Assembly: GCA_012517815.1 (NCBI GenBank)
Contig: JAAYUF010000050.1
Span: forward strand, 5,941 to 69,940
Length of the DNA: 64,000 nucleotides
Direction: 5' to 3'
Source of the DNA: Clostridiales bacterium
GTDB lineage: Bacteria; Bacillota; Clostridia; Christensenellales; Aristaeellaceae
Part shown: positions 36,210 to 46,131 of the stretch, piece after piece
Numbering within the stretch: the stretch's first letter is position 1
How the letters are laid out: each line of letters opens with the position of its first letter
Program-made: the position numbers and the translations under genes
Notes under the pieces: generated by a model
Told to the model about the DNA's origin: nothing
The model's input: the letters and a program-made list of their open reading frames with translations, nothing else
The model's database searches: none

Positions 36210-36570
36210 CACGTTTTCTCCTTTGCCTGTTGCGGTCCGGAAACCACGATGGACTCCCGACCGGCGGCGCGGCATTGGCACGCCGCCGGTGAGATGTGGC
36301 GATACGCGGAGCGTGACTTGCTCCTGCGGTTGAAACCTTCTTGACAGGTACCCTTGATCGTCCTGCCTGATCGCCGGCTGAATCGGTGGACTTCATCAGC
36401 GGACTTAATCGACGCGCCTGATGGGCGGGCTTCATCCGCGGATACCGTCTGCCCGACCGGCCGGGTTATGAACGTCAGTGCCCGCCGGTGGCCCGGCCGT
36501 CGCGGTTCGCGTATCGGTTCGGCGCGCCGGTCCGGATGAAACCGGCAAGCAGTCGGGAACTGCCGCCCGC

Positions 36571-38172
36571 TTACCGTACGGCGGCGAGATACCGGTCGAT
36601 GGTCGCGCGGATCGCGCCTTTCCCGGCCCTCATCTCGAGAAACATGCCTTCCACCTTTTGACCAAGGCCATGCTTGTACAGATCCACGCCGAAGATTTCC
36701 GCGTTGGACCACAGGGCGGTCAGTCCGGCGGGCACCGTTGCGTTCCCCAGGCGGAAGCCTTCCGTCAGGGGGACCAGCGACGTCAGGTTGGGGTCCGGCG
36801 AACGCTCAAACGCCTCGCCCGCGTCGTCGATCCCGGTCAGGTAGCGGGCATACCCCGCGAAAACCAGCGGGATGAACGTCAGGAAGGAAAGATCCTCCCG
36901 CCCCTTCGCCAGATAGGCCTTGAGCGTTTCCCCGAAGCGAACGGGGATTTTCTTGGAGGTATCGCAGGCGATGCGCTGGGGCGTGTCCGGCACAAACGGG
37001 TTGGGGAGGCGTTTGTCCACCACCTCGTCGATAAACCCTTTCGCGCTCATGATGCCGGGGTCTACCACCACGGGCATCCCCTCCACATAGCCGATTTGGC
37101 GAATCAGCCCGGTGAGGGTGGCATCCTTCATTTCCTCGGAAATTTTGGTGTGCCCAAGCATGCACCCAAACAGGGCCAGCGCGGTGTGCAGGGGGTTGAG
37201 GCACGTGCACACCTTCATTTTCTCGATTTTATCCACGGTTTCGCGGTCGCCGAAGATCACGCCGACCTTTTCCAGCGGCGGCCGCCCGTTGGGGAACCAA
37301 TCCTCGATGGCCAGATATTCGCATTCCTCGGCGTTGACCATGCCGGAAACGTAGGTGTTTTTCGCGGTAACCACCACCTGCGCGCCTTCGAAGCCGTCCT
37401 TTTCCAGCATGGCGATCACCTCCTGGGAGGGCCTCGGGGTGATCTTGTCGATCATCGACCACGGGAAGGACACGAGCGCGCGGTCGGTCAGGTAGGTGAG
37501 GAAACCGGCGTCGGCCAGCCCTCTTTCCACCCAGGCGGACGCAATCGCCCGCACGCTGTGAAACAGAATCGTTCCGTTGTGGGAGCAGTTGTCCAGCGAC
37601 ACCATCGCCACCGGCTTTCGGCCGCTTTGGTAGCGCAGGTACAAAAGCCGCGTCAGGATGCCCATGATGGAAGCGGGCGCGTCCATGGACGTGAAATCCC
37701 CGGCGTACCGTTCCAGCGGGCAGCCCTGGCCGTCCAGCACCGCGTAGCCCTTCTCGGTGATGGTCATGCTGACCATCTGCAGGCTGTCCGAGGTGAAAAT
37801 CTCCTCTACGCGGGCGCGGCTTGCATGGTAGCCCAGCGCCTCGGCCACGGAGGCGACCACGCGCTTGTCCACCGTGCCGTCGGCTTTCAGCGACACCGCC
37901 AGGCACAGGTTGTCAAACGGCGCAAACGCCTTGTCGATGATCTCCTCGTCGTAGCTTTCCGCCACGATCACGCCCGTGTCCAGCGCGCCCGTGTCCAGCA
38001 GGCGCTGCGCCAGCACGCAGGGAAACGCGCGCAGGATGTTGCCCGCGCCAAAGTGCAGCCACGCGGGCGACTGCGCGGTGCGCGCGCGCATGGCAGGCAC
38101 GTCAAACCGCGGCATAAGGTATCCCTTTTCCGTGTAAGCGGGATCGCGGAGCCCTTCCAGATTCAGTTTCAT
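36571..38172 (-). CDS. uxuB: mannitol-dehydrogenase-family fructuronate/tagaturonate reductase
   Basis: Start at ATG 38172 behind GGAGGG. Motif WLHFGAGNILRAF, about 533 aa long-chain mannitol dehydrogenase family. Context is between uxaC and uxuA. The symbol is tentative (could be uxaB-type). Confidence 0.75.
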   Translation of the reverse strand: MKLNLEGLRDPAYTEKGYLMPRFDVPAMRARTAQSPAWLHFGAGNILRAFPCVLAQRLLDTGALDTGVIVAESYDEEIIDKAFAPFDNLCLAVSLKADGTVDKRVVASVAEALGYHASRARVEEIFTSDSLQMVSMTITEKGYAVLDGQGCPLERYAGDFTSMDAPASIMGILTRLLYLRYQSGRKPVAMVSLDNCSHNGTILFHSVRAIASAWVERGLADAGFLTYLTDRALVSFPWSMIDKITPRPSQEVIAMLEKDGFEGAQVVVTAKNTYVSGMVNAEECEYLAIEDWFPNGRPPLEKVGVIFGDRETVDKIEKMKVCTCLNPLHTALALFGCMLGHTKISEEMKDATLTGLIRQIGYVEGMPVVVDPGIMSAKGFIDEVVDKRLPNPFVPDTPQRIACDTSKKIPVRFGETLKAYLAKGREDLSFLTFIPLVFAGYARYLTGIDDAGEAFERSPDPNLTSLVPLTEGFRLGNATVPAGLTALWSNAEIFGVDLYKHGLGQKVEGMFLEMRAGKGAIRATIDRYLAAVR

Positions 38173-38330
38173 CTTCCATACCCTCCGTTTTGCCCTGCGG
38201 CGCATTCGCGCCGTTTGAAGAACACGCGTCGGCGGTTGCGTCCGCAGGCGCGCGCGGTACCCCGGGTGTTTCGGTTTGGCTGCGTCCGCGGCGTGCCGCG
38301 GACGGGAACCAACCCAAACCCGGCCGCTGC

Positions 38331-39479
38331 TTAAAACTTGTTTTTAAAGCTGGTGATGGTGGTGTCGCTGAAGGCCGCCACATCCTTGGATTTTTCAAAG
38401 AAATGCGGCGCTTTGGCGCGCCACGCACCGGTGTAGTACTCGCTGTCCTTCCCGATGGGAAAGACAACTTCCTGCCCGGTGATGGAGGAGGCGTAAACCC
38501 CGGTGATCAGCTCAATGCAGTTGCGACCGTCCTGCGCGGTTGCCAGCAACGCCTCTTTGCCCTGTACCGCCCGCAGGAAGTTTTGCACCTGACCGTCGTG
38601 GTTTTCCAGCGCCAGCTTGGGCCGACTCTCAAAATCCGCCGTCGCTTCGGCAACCGTCGCTTCGTCCGGCTCGGGGAAGCCGTTGTCGCGCGGCTTGGAG
38701 GCAAACGCCTGAAACGGGATGCGCAGCCCCGCGCGTTCCATCTGGAAGATCAGCGTCTGCGCTTCGCCGTGGGAGATCAGGCTGCTGGTCAGTTCCGCCA
38801 CGCTGCCGTCCGGGTAACGCAGCACGGAAGAAGAAAAGTCCTCCTCCTCCGAATTGTGGTGGTTCAGGTTGGTCATCATGGCGCGGATGGAGGCGGGCAT
38901 GCCTTTGGCCCACAGTAGAAGATCGATGTGATGGATGGAGTGGTTTTGCGTGCAGCCGCCGCCCTCGACCTCCCAGCGGCCGCGCCAGCCCAGGTCGTAA
39001 TAGCTTTCGCCGCGGTACCACACGGAGTGCACGCGCGCGTAGAGGTTCTTGCCGTACGCGCCGCCGCGCACCATATCCAGCACATTGCGAATGCCTGTGA
39101 TAAAGCGGGACTGCACCACCACGGAAAGGAGCTTGCCATGCCTTTCCGCCGCGGCGATGATCTCGTCGCACTCCGCCAGCGAAGGCGCCATCGGCTTTTC
39201 CAGCAGTACGTGGCAGCCGTGTTCCAGCGCGGCGACGGCCGCGTCCCGGTGCAGGCCCGGCGGGGTGCAAACGCTCACCACGTCCGCATCGGCTAGCCCG
39301 TCGTGATAATCCTCGATCGCCCTGGCTTCGGTCAGCCCGTAGCGCTCCATCAGATCCTTCGCGCGTTGGAGGTTCTGATCCGCAAGGCATACGATGGTCG
39401 CGTCTTCGCCGGCGTGCAGGTATCCTTCGATGTGCGCCGGCGCGATGCCGCCGCAGCCGATGATCATGACTTTCAACAA
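38331..39479 (-). CDS. Gfo/Idh/MocA family oxidoreductase
   Basis: KVMIIGCGGIAPAHIEGY Rossmann motif, VLLEKPMAPS. Start placed at TTG 39479, 7 nt after GGGAGGG (the track ORF begins 7 codons earlier). Confidence 0.85.
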   Translation of the reverse strand: MLKVMIIGCGGIAPAHIEGYLHAGEDATIVCLADQNLQRAKDLMERYGLTEARAIEDYHDGLADADVVSVCTPPGLHRDAAVAALEHGCHVLLEKPMAPSLAECDEIIAAAERHGKLLSVVVQSRFITGIRNVLDMVRGGAYGKNLYARVHSVWYRGESYYDLGWRGRWEVEGGGCTQNHSIHHIDLLLWAKGMPASIRAMMTNLNHHNSEEEDFSSSVLRYPDGSVAELTSSLISHGEAQTLIFQMERAGLRIPFQAFASKPRDNGFPEPDEATVAEATADFESRPKLALENHDGQVQNFLRAVQGKEALLATAQDGRNCIELITGVYASSITGQEVVFPIGKDSEYYTGAWRAKAPHFFEKSKDVAAFSDTTITSFKNKF

Positions 39480-39775
39480 GACGAATCCCTCCCGGTACAA
39501 GGTTCATCATGGGTTGGCAGCGCGCCGCCCGCCCCGGCACGGCGATGGATTAAAGCCTGTGGGCGCGGGAAACGGCGTGTTGGAATAATGCAATTCCGCC
39601 GCGCCTCCGGCAGGCGGGGAAAACGGCGCGCCTGAACCAGGCGCCCCGCCGCTCCTCCGCCGGCCGCGCGCGGGAAACCCGCCGGCCTCGGCGGGTTCGC
39701 CCGCAGGGTAACCTGTGCGCGCGGCCGTTTGGCGCCGGGCGAACGCGCGGGCGGCCGATAGCCGCCCGCGCGATG

Positions 39776-40837
39776 TTATTGCCGCTTGATCGCGTCGTAC
39801 AGGCCGAGGATGTACTGGCTGCCCAGCGCCCGGTCGTACAGGCCGTAACCGGGCATGGACACCTCGCCCCAGATGGCCCGGCCGTGGTCGGGCCGCACCG
39901 GCCCTTCAAAGCCGATATCCACCAGCGCTTTGACGATGGCGTACATATCCAGCGAGCCGTCCGCGGCGTAATGGGCGGATTCCTCAAACACGCCGGGCGC
40001 GGTGTGCTTGGTGTTGCGCACGTGGGCGAAATGGATGCGGCCCTTCAGGCTGCGGATGATGGCTGGGATGTCGTTTTGGGGGTTGGAGCTCAACGAGCCC
40101 GTGCACAGCGTAACGCCGTTATGCGGGTTGGGCACCGCGTCCATCAGCCTGAGCAACTGCTCCCGGCAGGTAATCACGCGCGGCAGGCCGAACACCGACC
40201 AGCAGGGATCGTCGATATGGATGGCCATGTTCACGTCATACTCGTCGCAAACCGGCATCAGCGCGTTGAGGAAATACACCAGGTTGTCAAACAGCTGCTG
40301 CTCGCTCACATGGCGGTAGAGCTCAAACAGCTCCTTCACCCGCGCCATGCGTTCCGGCTCCCAGCCGGGCAGGACGAAGCCGTTGCTGTCCGAATCCACC
40401 TGCCGGAACATCTCCGCCGGATCGATCCCGTCGATCTTGCGCTGGTCGTAGGCCATGGTGGTGGACCCGTCCGGACGCACCTTGGCCAGCTCCGTGCGCG
40501 TCCAGTCGAACACGGGCATGAAGTTGTAGCATACCAGCCTGATGCCTTCGCTGCCCAGCTTGCGGATCGTCTGCACATAGTTTTGGATGTAGCGATCCCG
40601 ATCGGGCGTCCCAGCCTTGATGGCGTCGTGAACGTTTACGCTCTCGATACCCAGCAGGTCCAGCCCGGCGTCGTTGACCTGCTTTTTCATGGCGCGGATC
40701 GCATCCAGATCCCATTCGTCGCCCGGGGCCGTGTCATACAGCGTGGTGATGATCCCTACCATGCCGGGGATTTGCCGTATCTGCCAGAGCTTGACCGAAT
40801 CATGGGTTTCGCCGAACCAGCGAAAGCTCATTTTCAT
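39776..40837 (-). CDS. uxuA: mannonate dehydratase
   Basis: MKMSFRWFGETHD..., VCYNFMPVFDWTRTEL, MAIHIDDP, RPDHG match UxuA throughout. Start at ATG 40837. Confidence 0.9.
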   Translation of the reverse strand: MKMSFRWFGETHDSVKLWQIRQIPGMVGIITTLYDTAPGDEWDLDAIRAMKKQVNDAGLDLLGIESVNVHDAIKAGTPDRDRYIQNYVQTIRKLGSEGIRLVCYNFMPVFDWTRTELAKVRPDGSTTMAYDQRKIDGIDPAEMFRQVDSDSNGFVLPGWEPERMARVKELFELYRHVSEQQLFDNLVYFLNALMPVCDEYDVNMAIHIDDPCWSVFGLPRVITCREQLLRLMDAVPNPHNGVTLCTGSLSSNPQNDIPAIIRSLKGRIHFAHVRNTKHTAPGVFEESAHYAADGSLDMYAIVKALVDIGFEGPVRPDHGRAIWGEVSMPGYGLYDRALGSQYILGLYDAIKRQ

Positions 40838-40868
40838 ATTGAACACGTCCTTATCGAATTCCTGCCTC

Positions 40869-42152
40869 TCAGGCGTAAAGCAGGTTGGGGAGCCACATCA
40901 CCAGATGGGGCAGGAACACCAGCGCGAGCACCAGCAGGATGACCGCCGCGTAGAAGGGCATGGTTTCCTTGAAATACACTTCCACGGGGCAATCCAGGAT
41001 ATCGCACACGGTGTAAAGCGCGGTGCCCACCGGCGGGGTCATGCAGCCCATGGTGACGATGGTCATCATGCAGATGCCGAAATGCACCGGATCCACGCCC
41101 ATCTTCTGCAGCACCGGCAGGAACAGCGGGGTCAGCAGCATGATGTTGACGTTGCTGTCGATAAACATGCCCAGCACAACCAGCAGGAGGATGATCAGCA
41201 CCATCAGGATGGAGGGGTTGCTGGTGAGCCCGAACAGGAAGCCGGTGAGCATGCCCGGCGCGTCCACAATGGTGAGCGCCTTGCCAAAAATGCCCGACAT
41301 CGCGATGATGAGGATGATGCCGCCGTTATCAATGAACGAATCCTTGAGCGCGGCGAAGAACCCTTTCCAGGTGAGCTCCTTGTAAACAAACACACCGATC
41401 ACGATGGCGTACACCACCGCAAACGCGCCCGCCTCGGTAGGGGTAAACAGGCCAAAGCGGATGCCGATGATCAGGATCAGCGGGAAGATCAGCGCCCAGA
41501 TCGACTTTTTCAGTTCAGTCCAGATTTCCTTCCACGTGGGGCGCTTGGCGTCGGGTTTGGGCAGGTCGAACCCGCGGCGCTTGGAGGTGATGTGCACCGT
41601 AGTCATCAGCACGGCCATCATCATCAGGCCGGGCACGATGCCCGCCACAAACAGCTTGCCGATAGATACGCCGCCGATGAACCCGTAGAGGATCAGGCCC
41701 AGCGAGGGCGGAATGGTGGCGGTGATCAGCGACGTCAGGCAGATCACGCCGCCCGCGTAGCCGCGGGTGTAGCCGCGCTTGATCATCTCAGGCCCCAGAA
41801 TGCGCGCTTCCATGGAGGCATCGGCCACGGCCGAGCCGGATACGCCGCCCATCAGCGTGGACAGCAGCACCGACACCTGCGCGATGCCGCCCACCATGCG
41901 GCGGGTCAGCAGGCGGGAGAAGTTGATCAGGTTTTTCGTGATGCCGGTGCGGTTCATCAGGTTACCGGCAAAAATGAAGAACGGCACCGCCAGAAAGGCG
42001 ATGGACTGCGTCTGGGTGATCACGTACTGCGCCAACACGTCCAGACTGCGACCCGAGGATATGAACCAGGCCAGGCCCGCGCCGCCGATGACAAACGCGA
42101 TGGGCATGTTCGCCAGCAGCAGTACCACAAATACGATAGCCAGTGCGATCAT
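40869..42152 (-). CDS. TRAP transporter large permease (DctM family)
   Basis: 427 aa, about 12 TM. 4-nt overlap with the preceding small permease gene. Confidence 0.88.
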   Translation of the reverse strand: MIALAIVFVVLLLANMPIAFVIGGAGLAWFISSGRSLDVLAQYVITQTQSIAFLAVPFFIFAGNLMNRTGITKNLINFSRLLTRRMVGGIAQVSVLLSTLMGGVSGSAVADASMEARILGPEMIKRGYTRGYAGGVICLTSLITATIPPSLGLILYGFIGGVSIGKLFVAGIVPGLMMMAVLMTTVHITSKRRGFDLPKPDAKRPTWKEIWTELKKSIWALIFPLILIIGIRFGLFTPTEAGAFAVVYAIVIGVFVYKELTWKGFFAALKDSFIDNGGIILIIAMSGIFGKALTIVDAPGMLTGFLFGLTSNPSILMVLIILLLVVLGMFIDSNVNIMLLTPLFLPVLQKMGVDPVHFGICMMTIVTMGCMTPPVGTALYTVCDILDCPVEVYFKETMPFYAAVILLVLALVFLPHLVMWLPNLLYA

Positions 42153-42736
42153 TGCTTTTGAACCTCCTCAGCATCGCTCAGATCCACGGGGGTCTGGTCC
42201 ATGCCCGCGTTCTCCTCGCCCAGGTCGGTGTCGGCGAATTCCTTTTTCAGGGTGAACTCGTTCTCTTTGAAATGCAGGATCAGCTTGCCGATTTTGATCA
42301 GGCTGGTGATGATCATCATCACGCCGCAAACCGGCAGGGCGGCCGTAACGGCGCCGTAGTTGATCCCGAAATAAGCCAACGTGTTAAACGGACGGTTTCC
42401 GTTTATATTCATGATCTTGAGGCCGCCGCGGATGAGGATCACCAGAATCACGATGATGGCGACATACACGCCCATCGCGATCAGCTTGCGCGTCCGCGGG
42501 GGGAACTTTTTGGTCACCATATCCATGCCGACAAGGCGGATATGGCGCATGGCGACGTCCGCGCCCAGGAAGGCGGTCCAGCTGAACAGCAGCATCGAAA
42601 GATCGTCTGCGTAGATGATGGGCATATCGAACAGCCGCAAAACCGCGTTGAGAAACGTCAGGAGCACAATCACAACGAAGCCCGCGCCCACAAGAATCTC
42701 TTCGGCTCTGCAATAGTATTGGTAGGCTTTATTCAT
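42149..42736 (-). CDS. TRAP transporter small permease (DctQ family)
   Basis: Start at ATG 42736 (MNKAYQYYCRAEEILVGAG...) behind CAGGAGGAAA. 195 aa, 4 TM. The track ORF has a spurious 81-codon extension. Confidence 0.8.
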   Translation of the reverse strand: MNKAYQYYCRAEEILVGAGFVVIVLLTFLNAVLRLFDMPIIYADDLSMLLFSWTAFLGADVAMRHIRLVGMDMVTKKFPPRTRKLIAMGVYVAIIVILVILIRGGLKIMNINGNRPFNTLAYFGINYGAVTAALPVCGVMMIITSLIKIGKLILHFKENEFTLKKEFADTDLGEENAGMDQTPVDLSDAEEVQKQ

Positions 42737-42866
42737 ACCGTTTCCTCCTGAAAGGGCGCAAATTGTTCCCATGCATGGTTTGCGCTTGGCTAAAAAGAAG
42801 CGGTGGCACCGCAGCGATGCCACCGCAGTCTCATCCACAGTGCTGCGATGAGGTTTGGGAGGGCTG

Positions 42867-43850
42867 TTACTTGATGCCCAGCTGCGCGTACAGCTCGGTG
42901 CGCAGGGCTTCGAAATCCGCGCCGCCGGTGGTGGCGGGATCGGCGTACAGGCTCGCGGTCGCGGCGCGGAACGCGTCACGGTCGGGCTCGGTCACGGTCA
43001 CGCCCATGGTCTTCATCTCGTCCAGGTACTTCACTTCGTACTCAAGCACGAGCGCCTGGTTGTCCTTGTAGTTCTGCACGCAGCTGGTGCTCAGCTGTTC
43101 CTGCTGCTCGGCGGAGAGGGTGTCAAACCACGCGACGCCGCAGACCATGTCGCAGGTCAGCAGGAAGTGGTGGCTCAGCGAGATGTCCTTGCAGACTTCA
43201 TAGAACTTGGCGGAGTAGATCGTGGGGATCTGCCACTCGCCGCCGTCGATGACCTTGGTCTGGATGCCGTTGTAGGCTTCCGACTGAGCCATCGGGGTCG
43301 CGATCGCGCCCATGGCGTTGACGGAGTTGATGGCGATGGGGTTGCCCATGGTGCGGATCTTGAGGCCCGCGAGGTCCTCAGGCTTGGTGATGGGCTTGTT
43401 GGTCACCCAGTTGCGCCAGCCGGTGAGGCCGTTGGCGGTCAGCAGCACGATGCCCTTGCCGCGGAGTTCTTCGACCCAGCTCTTGTACAGGTCGGTCTCC
43501 ATCAGGCCGCTGAGCTGATCGTAGCTGTCCAGCAGGTAAGGCATCATCAGGATGCCGATGCCGGGGCAGTAGGCGGCCAGGCGGGAAGGATCGCTGGAGG
43601 CGATCACGGGCTCGCCCATCATGCCGGCTTCCGTCACGTCGTCGGTGTTGCCCATTTCGGAAGAGACAAGCGCCTTGGCGTTCCAGCCGCCCATTTCGTT
43701 GAGGCGGCGCGCCCACTCCTCGTGACCCATGGACTGGGTGTCTCCGGGGCCGTTGGTGCCGGTGATGATGACTTCGGTGTCGGCCAGCGCGGAAACGAAC
43801 GTCAGGCACAGCGCCAGCGCCAGTACGAGGGACAGGATCTTCTTGGACAT
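42867..43850 (-). CDS. TRAP transporter substrate-binding protein (DctP family)
   Basis: Start at ATG 43850 (MSKKILSLVLALALCLTFVSALA|DT) behind AAAGGAGGAAAAA. DctP-type fold. Confidence 0.85.
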   Translation of the reverse strand: MSKKILSLVLALALCLTFVSALADTEVIITGTNGPGDTQSMGHEEWARRLNEMGGWNAKALVSSEMGNTDDVTEAGMMGEPVIASSDPSRLAAYCPGIGILMMPYLLDSYDQLSGLMETDLYKSWVEELRGKGIVLLTANGLTGWRNWVTNKPITKPEDLAGLKIRTMGNPIAINSVNAMGAIATPMAQSEAYNGIQTKVIDGGEWQIPTIYSAKFYEVCKDISLSHHFLLTCDMVCGVAWFDTLSAEQQEQLSTSCVQNYKDNQALVLEYEVKYLDEMKTMGVTVTEPDRDAFRAATASLYADPATTGGADFEALRTELYAQLGIK

Positions 43851-43975
43851 GGTTTTTCCTCCTTTTTGGTGAGTACATATGATCGCACACAGCGCGATAC
43901 ATCGTAGTTGGGCGGGCACGCCGGCAGTTTGCGCGCCCTTGGGATGGCTATTCACAGATCGTTCACATCAATCGC

Positions 43976-44004
43976 ATGCTACCATACCAGATTGAATAAG
44001 TCAA
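43976..44004 (-). promoter_or_regulatory. promoter of the TRAP/hexuronate operon
   Basis: Minus strand reads TTGACT (44004..43999), a 17-nt spacer, then TAGCAT (43981..43976) preceded by TGG. Located between the GntR stop and the DctP start. Confidence 0.55.
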
Positions 44005-44039
44005 CAGCCTTTTTGAATTTTCTGGGTGTTTTTTTGCCG

Positions 44040-44783
44040 TCACTGGATGAACTGGGGGTAGCGCTCCTTAAGAACCTTGATTTCATCGAAGATTCGCCGC
44101 ACATGCCGGCGAAGGAGCGCCTGCACGTCGGCCAGGTTCCGCTCCTTGATCAGGCGAACCATCTGCTCGTGCTGTTCCAGATTCATGCGCTGGATCGCTT
44201 CGTCGCTGCAGGAGGAAAGGTACCGCAAACGCTGGTAGTCAAAGCAGTTGCGCCGGAGCACCTGATAGCACAGGTATTTGTCGGTTTCCACGTAGAACGT
44301 CCTGTGGAACTCGTCGTCAAACGTCAGGAAGGCGGCAAAATCCTTGCTCAGCAGCGCCTGTTTTTGCAGCTCAATCACCTGCTCCAGCACGTCGATCGCG
44401 CCTGGGCGGAGGTTGAGCACAAATTGTTCCAGCACGGCCTGTTCCAGCGATTCGCGCAAAAAATGCTCCTGCTGCGCGCGCTCGGTGCTGATTTTGGCCA
44501 CGGCGGTGCGCCGCTGCGGGGAGATGATGACCATCTTCTCGCGGGAAAGCCGGATGAACGCCTCGCGCACCGGGGTACGGCTTACGCCAAGGGCGTTGGC
44601 CGTTTCCTGCTCGCTCATGGTCACCCCCGGGGTCAGCTGCATCGTGATGATGCGCTCCCGGAGGGTCTTGTAGATTTGGCTGGCCACCGTCTGGCTGTCC
44701 TTGAGCTGGAAATCGCTCATCTGGAGCGGATCGAACCGTTCGCACTCCTGATAGGGGCGGCTTTCCTTGATGAATGTCGACAT
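44040..44783 (-). CDS. GntR family transcriptional regulator (FadR/FCD subfamily)
   Basis: 247 aa. wHTH IYKTLRERIITMQLTPGVTMSEQETANALGVSRTPVREAFIRL plus an all-helical C-terminal domain. Confidence 0.88.
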   Translation of the reverse strand: MSTFIKESRPYQECERFDPLQMSDFQLKDSQTVASQIYKTLRERIITMQLTPGVTMSEQETANALGVSRTPVREAFIRLSREKMVIISPQRRTAVAKISTERAQQEHFLRESLEQAVLEQFVLNLRPGAIDVLEQVIELQKQALLSKDFAAFLTFDDEFHRTFYVETDKYLCYQVLRRNCFDYQRLRYLSSCSDEAIQRMNLEQHEQMVRLIKERNLADVQALLRRHVRRIFDEIKVLKERYPQFIQ

Positions 44784-44787
44784 GCGC

Positions 44788-46131
44788 TTATTCCTTTTTC
44801 TCCAAATCGTTCAGGACGTCAAACTGGGTTTGCAGGGAGGAAAGGGCCTGAGCATCCGTCACGAAGGCCGCTTCGCCGTTGATCGAAACGGCGTAAAGCT
44901 CCTGCCCCAGGGGCAGCAGAGCCACCGTTTCGACGGCGCCGGTGCGCAGCGTGGCCGTCCATTGAAACACGGGCGTTCCCGTCGCGGAAGCGCTGAGCTC
45001 ACCCGTGGGGGTCAGCCCGTTGAGCGCCTGGAGCAGCGCCGTGCGCTCCGCCCGATCCAGCTCCGCGGCGCCCACGCGCACGGAAAGGCTGTCGCCGCTT
45101 CCGCTGAACGTCAGGAACAGGCTCGCGCCGTCCCGGGTCAGGGTTACATCCTGCAAATCGCCCGCCGCGTAGGTGACGATGCTGCCGCCCACCAGCGTGG
45201 TATAGTCCTGCAGGAGGGATAAAAGCGGCGCGTCATCCAACTGGTATACCGTATGGCCGTCCGGGTCCGCCATCAGGCACCGGTTGCCGTCCGTCCGGCG
45301 GAGCACCGCGCGGCGGGTTTCCCCCGCGATCGTAAGGGTCAGCGTCAGCTCCGGCTGATCCAGCCCGTACGCGGCCGGGTCGGCATCGGTAGCCAGGATC
45401 GTATCGGCGTACAGCTGCAACACCGGGTCAAGCAGGTTGGCGTACACGCGATCCTGCGACAGGCGCAGGCGCACCGGCGCGGTCAGGGAATAGCCCTGGT
45501 CGGTCTGCTCCACCGTATAATCCCGTCCGGTCCCACCGTATTGTAACACAATCCGCTCAATTTGTGCATAATCCTCCCGCGTGCTCAGCGGGAACAGCGT
45601 ATGGGCGATAAAATCCTGTTCGGTGCGCAGGAACAGCGCCGCCACCTCGCGCGCGACCAGATAGATCGAATTGCCTTCCTTGTCGTACAGGTAGGTGCCC
45701 TCGCCCAGCGGGTGATCCGCCAGCACTTCCAGCACGCGCTGGGCGTTGTCCGCCAGGTAGAGCGTTACGGTGGCGCGGGGCGCGTCGGCGCCGTAGTTGG
45801 CAAAGGCGGAGGCGTCCGTTACCCGGCGGCTCCCGGTGATGTGCGCGGCCGCGTAAAGGAACGCGCGCATCTGGGTCGCGTCGTAGGCGTTGGCGGAGCG
45901 GCTGACCATCTCCACACCGTCCGGGCCCTGCAGAACGGCAAAAGACGCGCTGCCGTTTTCCACCTTGACCGCGGCGATGTCCGCCACGGACAGATCAACG
46001 ATCGGGTACACGGTCGTTTCGGCGGTGACCGCGGCCTTCGTGTCGGGTTCGCGCGCCAGCAGGAACAGGAGGCCGGATAGCGCCGCGGCGCAAACCGTCA
46101 GCCAGAGGGCGGCCCGTTTTTTCGCTTTCAC
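44788..46131 (-). CDS. DUF4340-like membrane-anchored protein
   Basis: 447 aa with a single N-terminal TM (AALWLTVCAAALSGLLFLLA). Positioned after a GldG-like gene, as is typical for DUF4340. The family call rests on architecture and context only. Confidence 0.5.
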   Translation of the reverse strand: MKAKKRAALWLTVCAAALSGLLFLLAREPDTKAAVTAETTVYPIVDLSVADIAAVKVENGSASFAVLQGPDGVEMVSRSANAYDATQMRAFLYAAAHITGSRRVTDASAFANYGADAPRATVTLYLADNAQRVLEVLADHPLGEGTYLYDKEGNSIYLVAREVAALFLRTEQDFIAHTLFPLSTREDYAQIERIVLQYGGTGRDYTVEQTDQGYSLTAPVRLRLSQDRVYANLLDPVLQLYADTILATDADPAAYGLDQPELTLTLTIAGETRRAVLRRTDGNRCLMADPDGHTVYQLDDAPLLSLLQDYTTLVGGSIVTYAAGDLQDVTLTRDGASLFLTFSGSGDSLSVRVGAAELDRAERTALLQALNGLTPTGELSASATGTPVFQWTATLRTGAVETVALLPLGQELYAVSINGEAAFVTDAQALSSLQTQFDVLNDLEKKE